Of a stretch of DNA of 64,000 nucleotides, positions 1-9,187 are shown piece by piece. The DNA is taken from the NCBI GenBank assembly GCA_963845755.1, contig CAWJTV010000015.1:110587-174586 (forward strand), in the 5' to 3' direction. Within the stretch, counting starts at the first letter, position 1. Each line of letters opens with the position of its first letter. The position numbers were made by a program, and so were the translations under genes. The stretch comes from an uncultured Planctomycetota bacterium (GTDB lineage: Bacteria; Planctomycetota; Planctomycetia; Isosphaerales; Isosphaeraceae). The notes under the pieces are model-generated. The model had not been told where the DNA came from, searched no databases, and worked only from the letters and a program-made list of their open reading frames with translations.

Positions 1-418
1 ACGGCGCGGTGAAGTGGATGTTCTTGCGGATGAGCTGGAGCTTGTCTCCGACCCGGTGGAACATCAGCACCCACTCATCGCCGAAATTGAGGGGCGTCCC
101 CGCGCTGGCGGAGCCCCGGGCGATGACCATCGGAGCCAGGATCGGATGATCGAGCAGTTGCGGCTTGATCTCGGCGTAGAGGTGCTGGTCCTTCTCATGG
201 AGCGTGATATAACCTTCGTAGGTCTTCGCGCCCTGGGTCAACTGGTTGAAGTCCTGAAACTGCCGTCCTGGCGTCGGGCGGCCGAACTGTCGGGCCGTCG
301 ACCGGACCTCGACCGCGACAGGGGGGTCTTCGAACTCCTGGGCGTACGTTGACTGCGCGATGCCCCCAGTCGCTAACAAACCCCCGGAGAGCGCCATCAG
401 AAGCACTCGCTTTATCAT
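1..418 (-). CDS. Secreted zinc-metalloprotease-like protein (DUF5117/DUF4953-type), N-terminal 139 codons only; gene runs off the window start
   Basis: Own minus-strand translation from ATG 418-416: MIKRVLLMALSGGLLATGGIAQSTYAQ (signal peptide), then ...GAKTYEGYITLHEKDQHLYAEIKPQLLDHPILAPMVIARGSASAGTPLNFGDEWVLMFHRVGDKLQLIRKNIHFTAP, open to nt 1. Absent from the ORF track because it has no stop in the window. The family call rests on remembered similarity to the N-terminal region of DUF5117 metalloproteases, not on a search. Confidence 0.55.
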   Translation of the reverse strand, partial: MIKRVLLMALSGGLLATGGIAQSTYAQEFEDPPVAVEVRSTARQFGRPTPGRQFQDFNQLTQGAKTYEGYITLHEKDQHLYAEIKPQLLDHPILAPMVIARGSASAGTPLNFGDEWVLMFHRVGDKLQLIRKNIHFTAP

Positions 419-620
419 CGCTTCGTCCCCCAATCAAGGTTGCTCGTGAAATGGTGTCGTGATCGACATGATCAATCCGAAAAGTCAGCCTCGGCCTTGC
501 GGTTTCGCCATGCGTCAAAGACGATGTACCTAGAATACACCTCGCCTCGGACGATAGTAAATGTTCTAGTGAATTCGGTCGGCGGGTCTTCGATCCTTAG
601 TCCATGGTCTTTCGTCCTTT

Positions 621-1272
621 GTGATCAGACGCATGACACGACATTTTGCAAGCGGGCTCGGCTTCGCGAGGGGTTTGCCACATTTGATACGGTTCATCGT
701 GTGCCTCGCCCTTCTGGCGGCCCCGGGCTGCTGGCACGGGGAGCCAGTCCCCGCGGACGATCCGAGCCGGCTGACGATCACGCTCGGTAGCCGGGCTTTC
801 TCCGACGGCGGGATAATCCCCAAGGAGTACACGTGTGATGGTGCGGATCGCTCGCCGCCCCTGGAATGGTCGGGAGTGCCGCACTCGACTCGATCCCTGG
901 CTTTGATCTGCGACGATCCGGATGCACCCATGGGGACCTGGTCGCACTGGGTCCTCGTCCATCTGCCGCCCGGGGTGAAGGCACTGAAGGAGGGGATCCC
1001 GCCCGAGAAGGAACTGCCGCACTCGGCCATGGAGATGACCGAGAACTCGCAGCCCCAGGCGCCGGCAGCTCCAGGGGAAGAACGACTTCGGCAAGTTCGG
1101 CTATGGGGGACCATGCCCTCCCGGTGGGACCCACCGGTATGTCTTCCGGCTCTATGCGCTGGATCAACAAATCGAGCTGGCCTCGTCTCCACCGACGCGT
1201 TCCGACGTCCTCAAGGCGATCCAAGGTCACATCCTGGCCGAAGGGCGCCTGGTCGGAAAGTACGCGCGATGA
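621..1272 (+). CDS. PEBP / YbhB-YbcL family (Raf-kinase-inhibitor-like) lipoprotein, one frame break
   Basis: ORF 621..1286 has a lipobox-like LLAAPGC, then PEBP motifs FSDGGIIPKEYTCDGADRSPPLEWSGVP and LICDDPDAPMGTWSHWV. The conserved C-terminal half GKNDFGKFGYGGPCPPGGTHRYVFRLYALD...GHILAEGRLVGKYAR (stop 1270-1272) lies in the +1 frame. The frames join at the GGGG run 1074-1077. Confidence 0.85.
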
Positions 1273-2841
1273 AGCGTGAGGTTTGACTGGTTGAAATCGA
1301 CCAGGTGGATCTTCCTCATTCGGTTGTGCGGAGCTCATCGGAAGGTCGTTCGGATCGACGATCGCCGACCGAGGAAGGGCCGGGATGGCTTCGTTTTGCG
1401 ATGTCTCGTGATCGACCGCCGGAGCCTTGGGTTCGATTCGCGAATCACCATGAGTTCGGACTGCGTACACGAGGATGACGATGAGCATCATCGCGGAGAT
1501 CAGGGCCGGTACCAGCGGCACCCGGCGATGCGAGATCGCCGCGAACTTCGGCGAGGTGGGTTGGTTCGGCGGATTCTCGCGATCGAGCGGCGGGGACGCG
1601 GATTCGAGTTGCGGATTCCGCACCTCGCTCGTCCCGGTCGTCGATTCAGGCTCGGACATCATCGCGACGACTCCGCTCGCCCGCTCGATCCCATCAACTT
1701 CCCTCGCTCCGTCATCGCTTTGCCCGACTTTGATCTCCGCGACGTATCCGTTCCCGTGTTCTGTCCTCTCGGTTTTTGTCTCAGCGTGCTCTGCGATCGC
1801 TGGGAGGACGGTGTCCACTTCACTCGAGGCGGTCACGCCGGATCGTCGGAGTTTGAGGAACGTATCGAGGCTGCGGAGCAGCGACCGACTGCACGAGAAC
1901 TGGTAGCGACGCAGCCGCTCGCCCTCGGTGCTGGTGTCGAACGACAGGAGGGCCGCTTGCCGGGCCACATCGGCCTCGGCGCGACGGCGATGCTCGGCGG
2001 TCAGCGGCTCCAGCCGCGCGATCGCCCGGTCCGCGACGCTCCGCAGCTCCTCGATCGTCGCCGCCTGGTCCTGCGCCAGTCCCTCGACCAACTGTCGGTC
2101 CAGCTTGCGCGCCAGGTACCCGTCGATCTCCGGGTGCGGGTTGGCCCGCCGGCGCTCGCAGTGGTTCTCCCACTCCTCGGCCGTCAGGTTCAGCGGCGGT
2201 TTCCCCAGCAGGCGGATCGCCCTGGACTTCTCGATCGATGGCCAGGGCTGGCCCTGGTCGAGGAGGGTGCGGAGCTCGATCCAGCGGTCGAGCATCCACT
2301 GGCAGCCGGGACCGGTGGATTCGAGCCGGCGGACGATGGCCCCGGCGTGATCGAGGACGTCGAGGGGCCGGGAGGTCTGGGACTTGCGGCCCGGGAGTAG
2401 GGCTTCGAGGATCTGGCTCTGAAGCTTGATGCTTCCCGATCCATTGCGATCGCTGAAGAGCCGACGGCCCAGCGCGGCGGCCTCTTCCTGCTGACGGTTC
2501 GCTTCCAGGACCGGCAGCGTTTCGATGATGTGGGACAATCGGGCGACCTCGGCGCGATCGGCCCGATCTAATTTCCAGGAGGACTGCACGGCCTGCTCGA
2601 CCAGGAACTGCTCGACGTCGTTTTGAGGCTGGAGGTTGCCGATCCAGGAGTCGAGTCGCTCTTGAAGCGCGTCGGGATCCTCGCCGGGCAAGACGAGGGT
2701 CCTGGCGGTCATGCCGTGCTTGACGGCGTTGAACCGGGAGCGGTTCTTGCCCTCGGGTGTCCGGGGTCCGGTGCTCTTCTGGGCATTGCGGCGGTTGATC
2801 TCGGCCCGATCGGGCCTGGACAGAGTCGCGGTCGCGGTCAT
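778..2841 (-). CDS. Conserved hypothetical protein with N-terminal NRRNAQKSTGPRTPEGK..NAVKHG motif and one C-terminal TM helix; true 3' end uncertain
   Basis: ORF 778..2841 (687 aa). The first ~450 residues have normal composition and a TM segment VPLVPALISAMMLIVILVYAV. The last ~165 codons (778-1272) are antisense to the well-supported PEBP gene and are P/R/S/G-rich. The real stop probably lay between ~1273 and ~1480 and was lost through a frame break. Confidence 0.6.
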   Translation of the reverse strand: MTATATLSRPDRAEINRRNAQKSTGPRTPEGKNRSRFNAVKHGMTARTLVLPGEDPDALQERLDSWIGNLQPQNDVEQFLVEQAVQSSWKLDRADRAEVARLSHIIETLPVLEANRQQEEAAALGRRLFSDRNGSGSIKLQSQILEALLPGRKSQTSRPLDVLDHAGAIVRRLESTGPGCQWMLDRWIELRTLLDQGQPWPSIEKSRAIRLLGKPPLNLTAEEWENHCERRRANPHPEIDGYLARKLDRQLVEGLAQDQAATIEELRSVADRAIARLEPLTAEHRRRAEADVARQAALLSFDTSTEGERLRRYQFSCSRSLLRSLDTFLKLRRSGVTASSEVDTVLPAIAEHAETKTERTEHGNGYVAEIKVGQSDDGAREVDGIERASGVVAMMSEPESTTGTSEVRNPQLESASPPLDRENPPNQPTSPKFAAISHRRVPLVPALISAMMLIVILVYAVRTHGDSRIEPKAPAVDHETSQNEAIPALPRSAIVDPNDLPMSSAQPNEEDPPGRFQPVKPHASSRVLSDQAPFGQDVTLDRLEDVGTRRWRRGQLDLLIQRIEPEDIPVGPTGRAWSPIAELAEVVLPLELPAPGAASSRSSPWPSAAVPSRAGSPPSVPSPRAADGRGPSATRSPWVHPDRRRSKPGIESSAALPTIPGAASDPHHHTCTPWGLSRRRRKPGYRA

Positions 2842-3471
2842 GAGGTAGGCCCCTGGTGCGGATTCCTCGGCAGTCGTCCTTAGCGTCAGATCGTGTCGCC
2901 TGGCTCGACGGCGCCGCGCCGCCGTTTACCCATACGATCCGCACGAGCGCGCTCCCAGTTGCATAAAAATTGTTGCATGTCGGGGTTTTCCGATGGCGGA
3001 GCGCCGGGATTGTGTCTACAACCCATTATCGAGTCAACAGTTACACCGAAAGGTGAGCCGTGTGATATTTCCTGGAAAAACCGAAAGTGGTCATGCGCCC
3101 GGATCGGGAAACGATCGTGAGGTTTCCCGGGGCCGAGAGTCAACGTTGCGGTCGCCGGAGCAACCCGAAAGTGAGTGGTATGAATTCGTCAGTCCCTGTT
3201 GAGGCCCCCGGGACCGATGCCTCGCCTCACGAGGGTTTGACGCTGGTGCAACGAACCTGTGCCGCGGTATCCTTAACAGAGGCCATGGTCCGTGTTGTGA
3301 ACGTATGACAACTGCGAGAGAGGTGCGGTTTACAAATATCCGCTGTATAAACGGTGAATATCCCCATCCTATCAACGGAATCCGTGACGTCGCGAAAGGA
3401 GATAGGTCAAGACTGCGGTGTCAAGCCTCGACTAGTATCCACCCTTGCCAGTTGGTCAGGGAGGATTAAGC

Positions 3472-3684
3472 ATGCGATTACCGAGGATGACGATGCGCCG
3501 GTGGATGATCACTGTGGCTCTCCTCGGGATCGGCATGGCAGTCTGCTCCCATTGGAGGGCATTACGCGCACAGCAGCCACGAATCCGCATAGACCTCTTC
3601 CCGATTGACCCGCCACCTTTGCCAGAGGGAGTCGATCCTTACGACCAAGATCGCCCGCCCTATCCATCGTCGCTCGACCTGTAA
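3472..3684 (+). CDS. Small membrane-anchored protein (70 aa), paralog of 3779..4206
   Basis: ATG 3472 lies in frame inside ORF 3445..3684, with GGAGG about 8 nt upstream. Sequence MRLPRMTMRRWMITVALLGIGMAV (TM) follows. The N-terminus and leader closely resemble the next gene (MRVPRMTTRRWMMFVLVVALLMGMIV). Confidence 0.6.
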   Translation: MRLPRMTMRRWMITVALLGIGMAVCSHWRALRAQQPRIRIDLFPIDPPPLPEGVDPYDQDRPPYPSSLDL

Positions 3685-3714
3685 GCGATCATTCATACTT
3701 GAGCCGGACAGGCG

Positions 3715-3764
3715 GGCGCGGGACGACGGCCGGACGTGCAAGGGGTGATCCAGAGATCAGACTT
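3715..3764. repeat. Copy of a ~50-nt dispersed repeat (GGCGCGGGACGA..GGTGATCCAGAGATCAGACTT)
   Basis: GGCGCGGGACGACGGCCGGACGTGCAAGGGGTGATCCAGAGATCAGACTT. The last 21 nt are identical to 10302-10322. A partial copy (CCTGTAAGCGATCA) sits at ~3677-3692. It contains the small hairpin TGATC-CAGA-GATCA. Confidence 0.7.
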
Positions 3765-3778
3765 GCCAGGAGGGACCC

Positions 3779-4206
3779 ATGCGAGTGCCCAGGATGACGA
3801 CGCGACGATGGATGATGTTCGTCTTGGTCGTTGCGCTGTTGATGGGCATGATCGTTGGCGGAGTCCGGCTCAGGCAACGACGTGAGGACCTCGCAATCCA
3901 CGCCATTCACCACGCGATGCAGAAGGCTCAGTGCGAGCCCTCAAGGTTAACGCAGAGGAAATGCTCATCTTCCGTTCTCTTCGTCTTCAGATATTGGGGC
4001 CAGAGCGAAACGGGGGATCACCTGATCCCCCATCAACTGACAAAGCGCGCATGGATAGAGCGAAAGCTGCCAAGCCAGATTGGCAACACGAAGTGAGCCG
4101 GATGGAGCGAGCGATCGCTTACCATGCCGCGATGCGACGCAAGTATGAGGATGCTGCCCGGCGCCCGTGGTTCCCTGTCGCACCCGATCCGCCGGAGCCG
4201 AACTGA
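3779..4206 (+). CDS. Small membrane-anchored protein with C-terminal KYEDAARRPWFPVAPDPPEP tail, one frame break
   Basis: The N-terminal part is in ORF 3779..4096 (GGAGGG just upstream of ATG 3779). The C-terminal part ...ERAIAYHAAMRRKYEDAARRPWFPVAPDPPEPN (stop 4204-4206) is in ORF 3931..4206. The break lies somewhere in 3925-4090. Confidence 0.6.
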
Positions 4207-4239
4207 AGACTCCGGGTGCATCGCGTGATCGATAACTGA

Positions 4240-5173
4240 GAACGGGCGCGGGAATCCTAGGCAACCCGAATTCCCGCCGTCTCCTGGGTCAGGCGCCGCA
4301 ACATCAAGCGAATCATCGCCACCTGAACCATCGCTTCACCGGTCTCGTTCCAGTACTCGTAGTGCTTGCTCAAACGGCGGCAACTCGACAACCAGGAGAA
4401 GGTCCGTTCTACCACCCAACGCTTCGGCAAGAGTTTAAATCCCTTGACATCATCATTTCGCTTGACGATCTCCAGGATCCACTCACAGAAGGAGCTCACC
4501 CAACGGATCAACTTTCCCGCATAGCCACCGTCGGCCCAGACCCGCTGCAACCGCGGCCACGATCCCAAGAGTTGGGCCTTGGCGAAGACCAGTTTGGCGC
4601 CATCGCGGTCCTGGATGTTCGCCGGGTGTACCACCACGGCCAGCAACAACCCCAGCGTATCCACCAAGATATGCCGCTTGACTCCGTTGATCTTCTTGCC
4701 CGCATCATAACCCCGCTGACCACTGGTTCGAGTCGCTTTGACGGTTTGACTGTCGATGCTGCCGGCGCTGGGTTCGGCGTCTCTCCCAGCGGCTTGCCGG
4801 ACTTGACTGCGGAGCGTGTCGTGAATCCGCTGCCACAGCCCGTTACGACGCCATTGGTGAAAATAGTCCCGGACTGTCCCCTCGGGAGTGAGAAAATCAT
4901 GAGGCAAAGCCTTCCAGGCACAGCCCGTGGTCAGGACGTAGTAAATGGCATTGATCACCTCGCGAAATGGCGTCTTCCGCGGAGCACCCGCCGGCAGAGG
5001 CGGCGGCAACAACGGTTCGATGATGGCCCATTCGGCGTCGGTCAGGTCACTGGGATAGGGCTTGCGGGGGGTGGTGGCCATGCGAGACTCCCGGGGTTGA
5101 GACAACAGTTGCCAGCCGTAGTTGACCCAAACCCCTGATCCCTGTCCAGACCCTCAAGATTCCCGCCCCGTTC
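4240..5173 (-). mobile_element. IS5-family insertion sequence (934 bp), apparently intact
   Basis: Terminal inverted repeats: GAACGGGCGCGGGAATC (4240-4256) against the reverse complement of 5157-5173, GAACGGGGCGGGAATC (one indel). It is flanked by a direct TGA at 4237-4239 and 5174-5176. It carries a single transposase ORF. Confidence 0.85.
4257..5081 (-). CDS. IS5-family DDE transposase (DUF4096-type N-terminus + DDE domain)
   Basis: ORF 4257..5105; the likely start is ATG 5081 (MATTPRKPYPSDLTDAEWAIIEPLLPP). Typical IS5 motifs are present: GCAWKALPHDF, SIDSQTVK, GYDAGKKINGVKRHILVDTLG, VWADGGYAG, RWVVERTFSWL. No frame break. Confidence 0.92.
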   Translation of the reverse strand: MATTPRKPYPSDLTDAEWAIIEPLLPPPLPAGAPRKTPFREVINAIYYVLTTGCAWKALPHDFLTPEGTVRDYFHQWRRNGLWQRIHDTLRSQVRQAAGRDAEPSAGSIDSQTVKATRTSGQRGYDAGKKINGVKRHILVDTLGLLLAVVVHPANIQDRDGAKLVFAKAQLLGSWPRLQRVWADGGYAGKLIRWVSSFCEWILEIVKRNDDVKGFKLLPKRWVVERTFSWLSSCRRLSKHYEYWNETGEAMVQVAMIRLMLRRLTQETAGIRVA

Positions 5174-5492
5174 TGAGACGTGACACGCGGACATCGGCTC
5201 GGCCGGAAGGTGTAAAGTGTGGTCCGGTATCGAGACCTGCCAGGGTAGAGCCATGCGTCATCCGCCTGCGGCGTTCTACGGCGGACTTTGCCGGGGTGCC
5301 TTGCTCGCTCTTGGCGTCGAGATCGCCTCCCCGCCACCACGCAAGACTCGCTTCCGGCTGCTGGCCAGGCTCTGCCGGCCGGGATTCGTTCACCCGCAGG
5401 GTCGCGACGAAAGGTCTCCGAGTTCGAGCCTCTTCCTCTCTCGAGCTTGCCTGACGCTACGACACCGATTTCCCGCCCCCGGGGGATGCTCA

Positions 5493-8400
5493 TCATTTCC
5501 TCTTGGAGGCGATCTCGGCCAGTGTGCCTAGCACTTCGCTGATGACAACGGAGTCGATCTTGCGGAGCGGGATGCGCTCCTTGCCCCTGGGGTGCCCTTT
5601 CGTAGGGTTGTAGATCCCCTGAAAGAAGAAGCATCTCTGGACCTCTTGATCCTCCGATTCCCTCTCGTGGCCGATCCATACGCCATCATATTGAATGACG
5701 GCGGTGACGTCCGCGGCTTCGAATGGCTTGGAGTGCTCGCAATAACCGCCGCCGCCGAGCTCGGTGCTGCCCCGGGTCCAGCCGTCCCGCTCGAGGGTCC
5801 CGACCAGGCTGATCGCCGGCACCTTGAACCCCTCGTTGCGGACGATCTCCTTGGCCTTCACCTCCTCGGGATCGAGCCGGTGGATCGCGCGTCCGAGCTG
5901 CGGGAACGGCGGGATGATCTCGTAGTCGCCGAAGATCTGGCCCCAGGCCGACCGCTGCGCGTCGCTCAGGTGCAGCGGGTGGACGACCCCCACCCGGGCC
6001 AGGCCCTCCAGGCGATGGGTCGAACTCGTTGACGTCGGCGTAGTCGCGCTCCTCGGTGACGCGGAAGGTCGAGACCAGCTTCCCGGTCTCGTCATAGCCG
6101 CCCCAGAGGAGGAGGCGCACCAGGTGGATCATGAGCGGATGGCGGACCAGCAGCGCCTCGAAGTCGGCCGGGCTCCAGCGCCGGCCGGTGACCATCGCCT
6201 GCTCCAGCCGTTCGGCCTGCACCTTGGCCACCTCCCGCACCTGCTTCTTCAACTGCTTCCACACCTCGACGGCGGCACCGGCCAGCGCCGCGTCGTCCTT
6301 GGCGGCCGGCCTGGGCAGATCGTCCTTGAACTTGCCCTCCTCGTCGCGGACCATCGGCTTCATCTCTGGCCCGAGTGCGAACCCGAACCGGCGCGGGCCG
6401 AAGTCGAAGACGCGGCCGCCGCGCTCGTCGAGGTCGCAATCGGGGACGATCCGGTCCTCCAGCTCGGGGCGTGACAGGCCCCGATCCCGGGCGATCGCCT
6501 CCATCATCTCCGCCGCCTTGGCCTTGAGCGCCTTGAACGACAGCTTCTGGGCGATCCCGTTGAGCTGCATCAACGCGGCATCGGTCCCGATCGCCCGCAG
6601 GCACTCCAGGCCGAGGACGGCGCGCTGATGCTGGTTCTCGCCGGGCCAGGCCCGGACCAGCGGGCTCAGCTTCAGCGCCGCGGCGTCGGAGCCGAGCAGG
6701 CCCAGGCGGCCCATGGCCCACTTCTCCTTCGGCGGACCACCATCGGCCAGCCAGCGGTCGAACAGGGACAGGACGAAGGCATCCAGCGATCGGCGATCGG
6801 CGTGCGCCTTGAGTGCGGCGACCAGCGGATGGGGCGAGTCGAGCGTGCTCCGAGCCAGTGCCGCGAGGGCCGTCTTCACTTGCTCCGGATTCAGCCTCTT
6901 CCCCGCCACGAGGATCGGCTGGAGCTGGTCGGGATCCACCCAGCCCGGCGGCCTGAGCGGCTTCGCCCCGGCGAGAGCCGTCCGGAGCCAGTCGGGCGTC
7001 GTGTCGTCATCGAGTGCCGGGATGGCCTGGTCGGCCCGCTCCAGTACCTCACGCCGGAGCTTCTCAACCGTCTCCGGGGGGGCCGCGGCCAGGCACTCGC
7101 GGATGAATCCCTCACGGCCCTTGCCGCTCTGGGCGCGGAGGTAGTCCACGGCGGCGTCGGCCAATTTCCCCCTGGCGGCAGCCACCGGAATCAGGCCGGG
7201 GATGGCATGGCCGGGATGCTGGTCCAGCCACTTCCGGCGCCGCCGGGGGCCCTCGATGCCAACCTCAGCTCGAGCATCGGCACGGCCGCCCTGGGCGATT
7301 TGACCAGCGCCAGGACGTCGATCAGCTCCGCGCAATGCTCCTTGTTGGCCGCGGCCAGGATGCTGTCCCGGATGAGGTCCAGCGAGTGATCCTCGGTATG
7401 GGCGAGCCAGCCGCGGATCTCGTCAGGACTCTTGAGTAGGAGTTTCAGCCGGCGCAGTCTCCGAATCGACGGCCGCCGGGCTCTCGAGTCCCAGGACGAG
7501 GAGCTGCGGCCGCTGACGTTGATCGCCATATGGCTCCGAAACATAGAAATCATCGGGGATACTCTCGACGAGGCGGCGGACTTCCTCGTGGAGTCCCAGT
7601 GCGGCGGCCAGGTAGTGTGCCAGTGGGAGGCGGCCATAGTGGTAGAATGGGGGGGGCGAAGTCTTGCGCAGGCTGGCCCGCACTTCATCCTGCATGGTGC
7701 GGTGTTCCAGGTCGTCGAGATAGGGCAAGACGTGTCGGTGGAACCAGGCGAGCACCTCGTCGTCCCCGCCCTCTTCCGGGGTCTCCTCCAGGCCCCAGAT
7801 CTCCCGCGCCACGGCGAGAAAGTTGCCTGGGGTCAAGAGACCGAAGGCGACGTGGCCCACATAGCCCTGCCCGATTAGCTCCGCCGTTTCCTCGGTGGTG
7901 ACGGGTTTGCTGAAGGCCTCGCTCTGGGAACGGACGGCGTCCATGAGCTTCGTTGGGGGGCGATCTTTCAACCTGACCGAGTTGGCCACGGACATGGCGA
8001 CGATCCAGAAGCGGGCTTCCTCGCGGCTCATGATCGTCGCGCGCAGTGCCTTGCTCCAATCGTCGACATAAAAGGCCCCGGCACTTCGCCTCACTCCGGC
8101 CAGACGATCCAGGCAATCCTCCAGGTCGAATGGCGGCGGCTCGGGCCGTGGCCTCGGCGAGCGGGGCCGCCAGGTCGCCCAGAGCCAGTCGTCGGGATCG
8201 AGCTCGATGACGCGGGCCGCCGAGCCGGCGGCCGGCGCCGCCTCGGCGGCTGGGGGCGCCGACGCGGGCTCGGGAGGTGATGCGGCCTCGGCCTGAGCGG
8301 GCCCGGGCGGGGCCGTCGCGCCGTCCGACGGCCCGGCAGAGCTGGCGGTGGCACCGACCATCTCCGAGTAGCCCTTCTTGAGCTTCTCGGCGATCAGCTT

Positions 8401-8565
8401 GTCATGCGACGTCTTCGCCTCGTCCGTGGTGGCGAACTCCTTGGTTTGAGACTGCCCGGCCGTGCCGATCCGGCCGAACCGGACCGTGTGCGCCGTGCCG
8501 TCCAGCTCGATGCACCAGAACTTCCGGATCGCGCCCTCGATGAGCTGGAACTCGCGCCGACTCAT
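5493..8565 (-). CDS. WGR domain + DUF4132 large protein (MolR-like), ~1020 codons, at least 3 frame breaks
   Basis: ATG 8565 has GGAGG upstream. MSRREFQLIEGAIRKFWCIELDGTAHTVRFGRIGTAGQSQTKEF..KLIAEKLKKGY matches the WGR signature. The protein continues through ORFs 7423..8634, 7191..7688, 5686..7335 (DUF4132-like core ..PLVRAWPGENQHQRAVLGLECLRAIGTDAALMQLNGIAQK..) and 5493..6095 (HPLHLSDAQRSAWGQIFGDYEIIPPFPQLGR). Joins are near 7450, 7265 and 6015. Confidence 0.85.
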
Positions 8566-8682
8566 GGATCGCCTCCAGTCCTTCGTCGGATGTCGTTGCT
8601 GGATGCGTGATAACCATCGACAGCGTATCGCCAACGAGCCGCGTTGGAAAGCGGCCGGCGCCTCCCCGACCGACCGGGCGAC

Positions 8683-8865
8683 TCATGTTCCTTTCGATTC
8701 CAGGACACCCAGGGTCGCCAGCACCTCGCTCGAGCGCCACCGGGTCCACTGCGCCCAGCGGCAAGACATCCTCGCTCTCGGAGCCCCACCTGGGCGTATA
8801 GAGCCCCGGCACGAAGAAGCACTTCTCGAGCTCCTGGTCCTCCCAGCCTTCCATGAAGGGATCAC
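8683..8865 (-). pseudogene. Orphan C-terminal remnant of a second DUF4132-type gene
   Basis: Pieces of ORFs 8402..8854 and 8683..8865 read GWEDQELEKCFFVPGLYTPRWGSESEDVLPLGAVDPVA / SEVLATLGVLESKGT*. This parallels the extreme C-terminus of the neighbouring gene (EDQEVQRCFFFQGIYNPTKG..RKIDSVVISEVLGTLAEIASKRK*). No upstream coding continuation exists, and there is an internal frame break near 8740. Confidence 0.6.
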
Positions 8866-9045
8866 TTCAGAAGTTGCACACTATCGTACGCTAAGGCCGT
8901 CTCTATATGATTCGTTTTAGGGACGCTGCCGACCTTGGCCCTGAGAATCGGGTAAAAGCCGTCCCAATAATCCATCCATTTATTACGGGGCGTCTCGAAT
9001 GACGTTCGGCCTCGGGACCGCCGATCACCCCGTCGGAACGCGACG

Positions 9046-9187
9046 ACTCGTTCCCACGCTCGGCGTGGGAACGAGTTAAATTGAAAGATTGAAAATCATA
9101 GAAATTTTGACACGTTAGCGAGGTCTCCGGGTGATCTCGATCCGACGCGGGATTGTGACTCGTTCCCAGGCGGAGCGTGGGAACGAG
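9046..9187. repeat. REP-like palindrome pair (GTTCCCACGC..GCGTGGGAAC family) bracketing an AT-rich 81-nt spacer
   Basis: ACTCGTTCCCACGCTCGGCGTGGGAACGAGT (9046-9076) and ACTCGTTCCCAGGCGGAGCGTGGGAACGAGT (9158-9187). The same core recurs at 31238-31364 and 37023-37135. Confidence 0.85.

Noticed and set aside
1429-1450. A tRNA-like 3' end, GGGTTCGATTCGCGAATCACCA.
   Set aside because: The would-be T-stem arms (TTGGG / CGCGA) are not complementary, and no acceptor stem or anticodon arm can be drawn. It lies inside the coding region of the 778..2841 gene.
3030-3200. A group II intron domain V or known riboswitch in the GNRA-hairpin region (GAGCCGTGTGAT resembles the start of domain V).
   Set aside because: There is no complementary 3' strand for a domain-V helix and no intron-encoded reverse transcriptase. 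I find none of the riboswitch core motifs I can recall (TPP, cobalamin, SAM, glycine, c-di-GMP, ZTP, guanidine). It is kept only as an unclassified structured-region finding.
5177-5492. Overlapping ORFs between the IS element and the 3' end of the DUF4132 gene (5047..5679, 5122..5454, 5217..5531, 5288..5542).
   Set aside because: All have low-complexity R/P/S-rich translations, are mutually overlapping in different frames, and carry no motifs. The region is treated as non-coding.
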